DNA of 64,000 nucleotides from Escherichia coli (GTDB lineage Bacteria; Pseudomonadota; Gammaproteobacteria; Enterobacterales; Enterobacteriaceae): NCBI RefSeq assembly GCF_002854065.1, contig NZ_CP024147.1; one strand, 5' to 3'. Shown piece by piece: positions 53,653 to 64,000 of this stretch (position 1 is its first letter; each line of letters starts with the position of its first letter). The notes under the pieces were generated by a model. It saw only the letters and a program-made list of their open reading frames with translations, ran no database searches and was not told where the DNA came from. The position numbers and the translations under genes were made by a program.

Positions 53653-54123
53653 TTAAGATGTTGATTCGGCGCGAGCGAGGGTAAAAATATCGTAAAAAGA
53701 CAATTCACCTTTACGGACGATCATTTTTTGCAGTTGTTCCTTATGAACATCCGCGACACGCGGAGAGTTCAAGATGGCTTCAACCAGCGCGGCAGGTACA
53801 AAGCGCGTGTTGTACCATTCGCCGTTATAGCAAACGCGGAAATCCAACACGTCGATATCTTCATAGCGGTAGCGTGGGTAGACATCGAAAAAGAAGAAAC
53901 CATTAAGCAGGATAAATAATACAACCAGTAGCCAGACAGAGCCTGAAAGCGTTTCGGACTGCAACATCACCGCCAGGGTGGCAAAAAAAGCAACGTACAT
54001 ACCGATAAACAGCCCCGGATGTTTACGGATAAAACTGATACTAAAGCGGGGTTTGTTGTCGCGTTTTTCGCGGGTATTCAGAGACTCAATCGTTTCGGTC
54101 AGCAGGCGTTGTATTTCGGTCAT
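53653..54123 (-). CDS. ylaC: Inner membrane protein YlaC
   Basis: ORF 53653..54162 trimmed to ATG 54123 ([16 protein letters not shown]...), 156 aa. Confidence 0.88.
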
Positions 54124-54238
54124 CGTTTGCCTTCGTGGTATCTGCAACTTTCCAGGGAACACCCTATTTTAACGTGGGAATAGTAGAGGGAAAGTAACAG
54201 ATTTACCACAATTTTGCATAACAGTTGCGAAAAACCGA

Positions 54239-54790
54239 TTACAATTTTTTAATTATTCTGGCTGGATTACCGCCCACGACAACGTTGTCCGGGACATCTT
54301 TTGTGACAACTGCACCTGAGGCTACCACGACGTTATCACCAATGGTCACACCAGGGTTAATGACCGCGCGTCCGCCAATCCAGACGTTATTACCGATGGT
54401 GACGGGTTTCCCCAGTTCAGCACCGCTATTACGTGCTACAGGGTCGATGGGATGTGTTGCCGTGTAGATATGAACGCCTGGTGCCAACATACAGTTATCA
54501 CCGATGCGAATAGGGCAGACATCAAGCATCACGCAATCGAAGTTGGCGAAAAAATTATTACCGAGAAAAATGTTATAGCCATAGTCACAGCGAAACGTTG
54601 GCTCAATATAAGCCTCTGTCACCTGACCGAATAAATCAGCGAGAATTTGCTGGCGTAATGTGTGCTCTTCCGCCAGGGAATGATTGTATCGGTGAATAAG
54701 CTGACGAGCGCGCAGGCGATCGCGAGATAACGTCTCATCTGCCGAGCGATACAACTCACCAGCAATCATCTTTTCTTTTTCTGTGCTCAT
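54239..54790 (-). CDS. maa: Maltose O-acetyltransferase
   Basis: 183 aa with hexapeptide (left-handed beta-helix) repeats. Confidence 0.93.
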
Positions 54791-54961
54791 TACTGACCTC
54801 CGGTTGCTGAAAATGCGGCAACACAGTAAGACGAAAAGTCAGTGAAGAGAACGTTCCCATTACATCTGTGTGATAAAGATCACATAGGGTATGTCTTCAT
54901 GGCGAAAAAGTATAAAATTCTTAATAAACAGCCGGTTATAGCTCCGAAAGCGAATTATTTA

Positions 54962-55180
54962 TTAGCGAATAAATTTCCATACTGAGGAAGGGATCTTGTC
55001 GTACAGTTTATTCATGGTCAATTCGGCGAGGCGGTGATCTGCGGCTGAGTAAAATACCGCCAGTTCATTATCTGATAATTCGTATTTATTTTTCTCGATA
55101 ACACGCTCCAGCGTGTCAATTGTCTGGCAACGACGTAAACGCATTAAATAATCGGTTTTCGTTAAAGGTTTTTCGGACAT
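54962..55180 (-). CDS. hha: Hemolysin expression-modulating protein Hha
   Basis: ORF 54962..55426 trimmed to ATG 55180 ([35 protein letters not shown]...), 72 aa. Confidence 0.95.
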
Positions 55181-55205
55181 ACTTCTACCCATGGTTGTAA
55201 TAATT

Positions 55206-55580
55206 CTAACAAGATAAACTCGCAGGATTCTCTTTCGTCGCATTGACAAAACAACGGAATAGTCGATTACCTGACTTCCGCCATTTCTGAAGATCCTGCA
55301 TATTAATACCATAACTGCTGAACAACATAAAGGTGTCATCCAGATATTCGTCGATCTGCTCAATGAGCTTATTGTCTTCATTATACTTAATTTTGTAATT
55401 AAGTGCGAAGGTCGCAATATGCTCAATCAGTTCATTCAACTGGAGGTTGATCGCCGAGGTTGGGTCGTTAACCCAGCCATGATTGCTTTCTTCAAGGTTT
55501 GCAAGGCAGTCATGATACAGAGTTTCACAGAGAAACTTAAGCTGTGCGATATCATGTCTTTTGGGTGAGTATTCATCCAT
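55206..55580 (-). CDS. tomB: Hha toxicity modulator TomB (YbaJ)
   Basis: 124-aa ORF immediately upstream of hha in the same orientation. Confidence 0.93.
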
Positions 55581-56082
55581 AACGCGTCCCCTTCTTAGCG
55601 GTTGAACTAACGGACACCTTTCGGGATGGAAAAAACTTACTGACCTGGACTTGCCCTCTCGTTTGTTAGCTTAACTATAAGCCACTCTTTGCAGGTTTTC
55701 ATCGCATTATTACGAAAAATTACAATTAGGAAGGAAGCGGGACAGGGCTCACTTTTTCATACTAGCACCAACCCGCAGCAGGTAAAAGCAGTTTGCTCGA
55801 ACTGTTCATAACATTTCAGGATTATCGCCAGATGAAATTGGTGACACTAATACCAGGATTGCTCTGAATATGACGTAATAACCGAGGAATGAATAAAGAA
55901 TTACCGCAAATAATTAAGAATAGCCTCTAAATGATTATGGATTATTAAATCTATTAGCGCTACTTAATATAAATTAACTAACAATCAGTATTTTTTATGA
56001 ATTTTATACGTGGTTAATACTGGTTTTCGTATGAGCTCCTGAGTTGGTGGTTCAATTACTCCTTAATGTTCGTAGGTTATGC

Positions 56083-56108
56083 ATAAAAAAGGCCGCTTAC
56101 GCGGCCTT
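56083..56108 (-). terminator. Rho-independent terminator after acrB
   Basis: Minus strand reads AAGGCCGCGTAAGCGGCCTTTTTTATGC. Confidence 0.7.
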
Positions 56109-56125
56109 AGTGATTACACGTTGTA

Positions 56126-59278
<3,153 letters not shown>

Positions 59279-59297
59279 TTAACGGCTCCTGTTTAAG

Positions 59298-60491
59298 TTA
59301 AGACTTGGACTGTTCAGGCTGAGCACCGCTTGCGGCTTGCTGGTTATTATCAGCGGTAACTTCTTGTGCTTTTACCTGGACACCAGGACGCACTTTCTGC
59401 AGCCCACTTATTACTACGCGATCGCCTGCTTTCAGACCTTCTGTCACCAGCCACTTATCGCCAATAGCCTGGCTTGCAACGATCGGACGGGTTTCCACTT
59501 TGTCATCCGCGCCAACTACCAGTACGGTGGCATCGCCACGCGGCGTACGGGTTACGCCCTGTTGCGGGACTAAAATAGCGTTTGGATTAAGCCCTTCTTC
59601 CAGACGTGCGCGCACGAACATACCCGGCAGCAGAGTGTGATCCGGGTTCGGGAAGATAGCGCGTAGGGTGATAGACCCAGTGGTCTGATCAACGGTAACG
59701 TCAGAGAATTCCAGCGTACCGTCCTGCGGGAACTTAATGCCGTCACTGGTGATCAGCGACACTTTGGCTTTGCCGTTCTCTTGTTTCAGCGTGCCATTCG
59801 CCAGTTCCTGTTTCAGGCGCAGGAAGTCGTTGCTGGACTGGGTCACATCAACGTAGATCGGATCAAGTTGCTGCACGGTTGCCAGCGCAGTCGCCTGACC
59901 GTTCTGTACCAATGCGCCTTCCGTCACGTTCGACTTACCAATGCGACCGCTAATCGGAGAGGTGACTTTGGTGTAAGCCAGATTGATCCGCGCAGTTTCA
60001 ACGGCAGCTTTCGCCGCAGTTACCGCAGCATTCGCCTGTTGCGCATCAGCCAGAGCCTGATCGTACTCTTGCTTACTGATGTACTGAGTACCGAGCAGTT
60101 TCTGATAACGATTCACCGTCAATTGCGCGATATTGGCTGCAGCCTGGGCTTTCGCCAGATCACCTTTCGCACTGTCGTATGTCGCCTGATAGGTCGCAGG
60201 ATCAATCTGATAGAGAGAGACACCTGCTTCGATGTCGCTACCTTCTTTGAAATTACGCTTCAGGATAATCCCGCTAACTTGAGGACGAACTTCTGCGATC
60301 CGGTAGGCACTGGTGCGACCCGGAAGCTCGGTTGTGATCTGCAGAGGTTCAGTTTTGACTGTTACTACGCCAACGGCGGGCATCTGCTGGCCACCTTGTT
60401 GGGCCTGTTTGTCGTCACATCCTGTTAGGGCTAAGCTGCCTGAGAGCATCAGAACGACCGCCAGAGGCGTAAACCCTCTGTTTTTGTTCAT
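59298..60491 (-). CDS. acrA: Periplasmic adaptor (membrane fusion) protein AcrA
   Basis: ORF 59298..60527 trimmed to ATG 60491 (MNKNRGFTPLAVVLMLSGSLALTGC...), 397 aa. Confidence 0.97.
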   Translation of the reverse strand: MNKNRGFTPLAVVLMLSGSLALTGCDDKQAQQGGQQMPAVGVVTVKTEPLQITTELPGRTSAYRIAEVRPQVSGIILKRNFKEGSDIEAGVSLYQIDPATYQATYDSAKGDLAKAQAAANIAQLTVNRYQKLLGTQYISKQEYDQALADAQQANAAVTAAKAAVETARINLAYTKVTSPISGRIGKSNVTEGALVQNGQATALATVQQLDPIYVDVTQSSNDFLRLKQELANGTLKQENGKAKVSLITSDGIKFPQDGTLEFSDVTVDQTTGSITLRAIFPNPDHTLLPGMFVRARLEEGLNPNAILVPQQGVTRTPRGDATVLVVGADDKVETRPIVASQAIGDKWLVTEGLKAGDRVVISGLQKVRPGVQVKAQEVTADNNQQAASGAQPEQSKS

Positions 60492-60580
60492 ATGTAAACC
60501 TCGAGTGTCCGATTTCAAATTGGTCAATGGTCAAAAGTTAATAAACCCATTGCTGCGTTTATATTATCGTCGTGCTATGG

Positions 60581-60604
60581 TACATACATTCACAAATGTA
60601 TGTA
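60581..60604. promoter_or_regulatory. AcrR operator palindrome in the acrR-acrA divergent promoter region
   Basis: 24-bp palindrome TACATACATT-CACA-AATGTATGTA read directly. Confidence 0.7.
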
Positions 60605-60632
60605 AATCTAACGCCTGTAAATTCACGAACAT

Positions 60633-61280
60633 ATGGCACGAAAAACCAAACAAGAAGCGCAAGAAACGCGCCAACACATCCTCGATGTGGCTCTACGTCT
60701 TTTCTCACAGCAGGGGGTATCATCCACCTCGCTGGGCGAGATTGCAAAAGCAGCTGGCGTTACGCGCGGTGCAATCTACTGGCATTTTAAAGACAAGTCG
60801 GATTTGTTCAGTGAGATCTGGGAACTGTCAGAATCCAATATTGGTGAACTAGAGCTTGAGTATCAGGCAAAATTCCCTGGCGATCCACTCTCAGTATTAA
60901 GAGAGATATTAATTCATGTTCTTGAATCCACGGTGACAGAAGAACGGCGTCGATTATTGATGGAGATTATATTCCACAAATGCGAATTTGTCGGAGAAAT
61001 GGCTGTTGTGCAACAGGCACAACGTAATCTCTGTCTGGAAAGTTATGACCGTATAGAACAAACGTTAAAACATTGTATTGAAGCGAAAATGTTGCCTGCG
61101 GATTTAATGACGCGTCGCGCAGCAATTATTATGCGCGGCTATATTTCCGGCCTGATGGAAAACTGGCTCTTTGCCCCGCAATCTTTTGATCTTAAAAAAG
61201 AAGCCCGCGATTACGTTGCCATCTTACTGGAGATGTATCTCCTGTGCCCCACGCTTCGTAATCCTGCCACTAACGAATAA
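60633..61280 (+). CDS. acrR: TetR-family repressor AcrR
   Basis: 215 aa [52 protein letters not shown]... Confidence 0.97.
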
Positions 61281-61407
61281 CCCTGAATCTGACTCCAGGA
61301 TTTTTCCTGGACATTTTCGTCGTTGCTATTCTGGTTCACTGCGTCGTGATATTCTTGCGGTTTGACTTTTTCAGGTCGTTCTTCAGGTTCAGAAACCTTC
61401 ATTCATC

Positions 61408-64000
61408 ATGACTATGTTCCAGTATTACAAACGATCACGGCATTTTGTTTTTTCAGCATTTATTGCTTTTGTTTTTGTCTTGTTATGCCAGAACACGGCG
61501 TTTGCGCGGGCGTCATCGAATGGTGATCTGCCGACAAAAGCGGACCTGCAGGCGCAACTTGACTCATTAAATAAACAAAAAGATCTTTCTGCTCAGGACA
61601 AACTGGTGCAGCAGGATCTGACAGATACATTAGCCACCCTCGATAAAATCGATCGCGTAAAAGAAGAGACCGTTCAGCTACGGCAAAAAGTCGCTGAAGC
61701 GCCGGAAAAAATGCGCCAGGCGACCGCGGCGTTAACAGCACTTAGCGATGTCGATAACGACGAAGAAACGCGCAATATTCTGAGCACGCTTTCGTTGCGC
61801 CAGCTGGAAACTCGCGTTGCCCAGGCGCTGGACGATTTGCAAAACGCACAAAACGATCTGGCGTCTTATAACAGCCAGCTGGTTTCGTTACAGACGCAGC
61901 CCGAACGCGTGCAAAATGCGATGTATAACGCTTCGCAGCAGCTGCAACAAATTCGCAGTCGTCTGGATGGGACTGATGTCGGCGAGACTGCCTTACGTCC
62001 CAGCCAGAAAGTGTTAATGCAGGCTCAGCAGGCGTTGCTGAATGCGGAGATTGACCAGCAGCGTAAAAGCCTGGAAGGGAATACCGTCTTGCAGGATACC
62101 TTGCAAAAGCAACGTGATTACGTGACGGCGAACAGCGCCCGTCTGGAGCACCAGTTGCAGCTGTTGCAAGAAGCGGTAAACAGCAAGCGCCTGACTTTAA
62201 CCGAAAAAACGGCGCAGGAAGCCGTCTCCCCGGATGAAGCCGCGCGTATTCAGGCTAATCCGCTGGTGAAGCAGGAACTGGAAATTAACCAGCAGTTAAG
62301 TCAGCGTCTGATTACCGCGACTGAAAACGGTAATCAGTTGATGCAGCAAAACATTAAAGTCAAAAACTGGCTGGAGCGGGCGCTGCAATCGGAACGCAAT
62401 ATTAAAGAGCAGATTGCCGTCCTGAAGGGCAGCCTGCTGTTGTCTCGTATCCTTTACCAGCAACAACAAACGCTGCCCTCGGCGGATGAACTGGAAAACA
62501 TGACCAACCGCATCGCGGATTTGCGTCTCGAACAGTTTGAAGTTAACCAGCAGCGTGATGCACTCTTCCAGAGCGATGCGTTCGTCAACAAACTGGAAGA
62601 AGGTCACACCAACGAAGTCAACAGCGAAGTTCACGATGCGTTATTGCAAGTGGTTGATATGCGTCGCGAATTGCTGGATCAACTCAACAAACAGTTGGGT
62701 AACCAGCTGATGATGGCCATTAACCTGCAAATCAACCAGCAGCAGTTAATGAGTGTGTCGAAAAACCTGAAATCCATCCTGACTCAGCAAATCTTTTGGG
62801 TGAACAGTAACCGTCCAATGGACTGGGACTGGATCAAAGCGTTCCCGCAAAGCCTGAAAGATGAATTTAAGTCGATGAAAATTACGGTGAACTGGGAAAA
62901 AGCCTGGCCCGCCGTTTTTATCGCTTTCCTCGCTGGTTTGCCGCTGCTGTTGATTGCCGGGCTGATCCACTGGCGTCTGGGGTGGCTGAAAGCGTATCAA
63001 CAAAAACTGGCTTCCGCTGTGGGTTCCCTGCGTAACGACAGCCAGCTCAACACACCAAAAGCGATCCTTATCGACCTGATCCGTGCACTGCCGGTGTGCC
63101 TGATTATTCTCGCGGTTGGCCTGATTCTGTTGACCATGCAGCTCAACATCAGCGAACTGCTATGGTCGTTCAGTAAAAAACTGGCGATTTTCTGGCTGGT
63201 GTTTGGCCTGTGCTGGAAGGTACTAGAGAAGAACGGCGTTGCCGTGCGTCACTTCGGCATGCCGGAACAGCAGACCAGCCACTGGCGTCGGCAAATTGTC
63301 CGCATCAGTCTCGCATTGCTGCCTATCCATTTCTGGTCTGTGGTAGCAGAACTTTCCCCGCTGCATCTGATGGATGATGTGCTGGGGCAGGCGATGATTT
63401 TCTTCAACCTGCTGCTGATTGCCTTCCTGGTATGGCCAATGTGCCGCGAAAGCTGGCGTGATAAAGAGTCGCACACCATGCGACTGGTCACCATTACCGT
63501 GCTGTCGATTATCCCGATTGCATTGATGGTGCTGACTGCCACGGGTTATTTCTACACCACGCTGCGCCTCTCCGGGCGTTGGATTGAAACCGTTTATCTG
63601 GTGATCATCTGGAACTTGCTCTACCAGACGGTATTGCGCGGCTTAAGCGTAGCGGCGCGGCGTATCGCCTGGCGTCGTGCGCTGGCGCGTCGGCAGAATC
63701 TGGTGAAAGAGGGCGCAGAAGGTGCCGAACCGCCGGAAGAACCCACCATTGCACTGGAACAGGTTAACCAGCAGACGCTGCGTATTACCATGTTGCTGAT
63801 GTTTGCGCTGTTCGGTGTCATGTTCTGGGCAATTTGGTCCGATTTGATCACCGTGTTCAGCTATCTCGACAGCATCACGCTCTGGCATTACAACGGCACT
63901 GAAGCTGGCGCTGCGGTGGTGAAAAACGTCACCATGGGCAGTCTGTTGTTTGCGATTATCGCCTCAATGGTGGCCTGGGCGTTGATTCGCAACCTGCCTG
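61408..64000 (+). CDS. mscK: Potassium-dependent mechanosensitive channel MscK (KefA), N-terminal part (3' end outside window)
   Basis: Frame from ATG 61408 open to window end (hand check: MTMFQYYK...FARASSNGDLPTKADLQAQL); Gln-rich coiled-coil periplasmic region then TM segments; not in ORF track because no stop codon within window. Confidence 0.85.
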   Translation, partial: MTMFQYYKRSRHFVFSAFIAFVFVLLCQNTAFARASSNGDLPTKADLQAQLDSLNKQKDLSAQDKLVQQDLTDTLATLDKIDRVKEETVQLRQKVAEAPEKMRQATAALTALSDVDNDEETRNILSTLSLRQLETRVAQALDDLQNAQNDLASYNSQLVSLQTQPERVQNAMYNASQQLQQIRSRLDGTDVGETALRPSQKVLMQAQQALLNAEIDQQRKSLEGNTVLQDTLQKQRDYVTANSARLEHQLQLLQEAVNSKRLTLTEKTAQEAVSPDEAARIQANPLVKQELEINQQLSQRLITATENGNQLMQQNIKVKNWLERALQSERNIKEQIAVLKGSLLLSRILYQQQQTLPSADELENMTNRIADLRLEQFEVNQQRDALFQSDAFVNKLEEGHTNEVNSEVHDALLQVVDMRRELLDQLNKQLGNQLMMAINLQINQQQLMSVSKNLKSILTQQIFWVNSNRPMDWDWIKAFPQSLKDEFKSMKITVNWEKAWPAVFIAFLAGLPLLLIAGLIHWRLGWLKAYQQKLASAVGSLRNDSQLNTPKAILIDLIRALPVCLIILAVGLILLTMQLNISELLWSFSKKLAIFWLVFGLCWKVLEKNGVAVRHFGMPEQQTSHWRRQIVRISLALLPIHFWSVVAELSPLHLMDDVLGQAMIFFNLLLIAFLVWPMCRESWRDKESHTMRLVTITVLSIIPIALMVLTATGYFYTTLRLSGRWIETVYLVIIWNLLYQTVLRGLSVAARRIAWRRALARRQNLVKEGAEGAEPPEEPTIALEQVNQQTLRITMLLMFALFGVMFWAIWSDLITVFSYLDSITLWHYNGTEAGAAVVKNVTMGSLLFAIIASMVAWALIRNLP

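Overview
This window is an Escherichia coli-type chromosomal segment colinear with the K-12 region running secF-yajD-tsx-yajI-nrdR-ribD-ribE-nusB-thiL-pgpA ... cyoEDCBA-ampG-yajG-bolA-tig-clpP-clpX-lon-hupB-ppiD ... mdlAB-glnK-amtB-tesB ... hha-tomB-acrBA-acrR-mscK. About 60 core genes were identified by reading the ORF-track translations against remembered protein sequences and gene order, and true start codons were re-derived where the ORF track over-extends the N-terminus. The 4.5S RNA gene ffs (not in the ORF track) was found by direct sequence reading. No homology search could be run, so all identities rest on recall and on motifs visible in the sequence. Three departures from the K-12 core layout stand out. 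(1) An AT-rich insert of about 2 kb between pgpA and yajO carries a 531-aa pentapeptide-repeat protein with an internal 6 x 12-bp tandem repeat. (2) An AT-rich insert of about 2.4 kb between yajR and cyoE carries a signal-peptide Sel1-repeat protein and, convergent to it, a two-gene operon of a DUF1778-like antitoxin and a GNAT acetyltransferase toxin, preceded by a consensus promoter bracketed by two copies of the palindrome ATACGG-N7-CCGTAT. (3) An intact 768-bp IS1 sits inside pdeB (ylaB) with a 9-10 bp target-site duplication, splitting an otherwise open reading frame. The toxin-antitoxin-like cassette and its operators are the strongest candidate for an uncharacterised system, followed by the pentapeptide-repeat protein island. 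No CRISPR array, integrase, tRNA or rRNA gene was seen.
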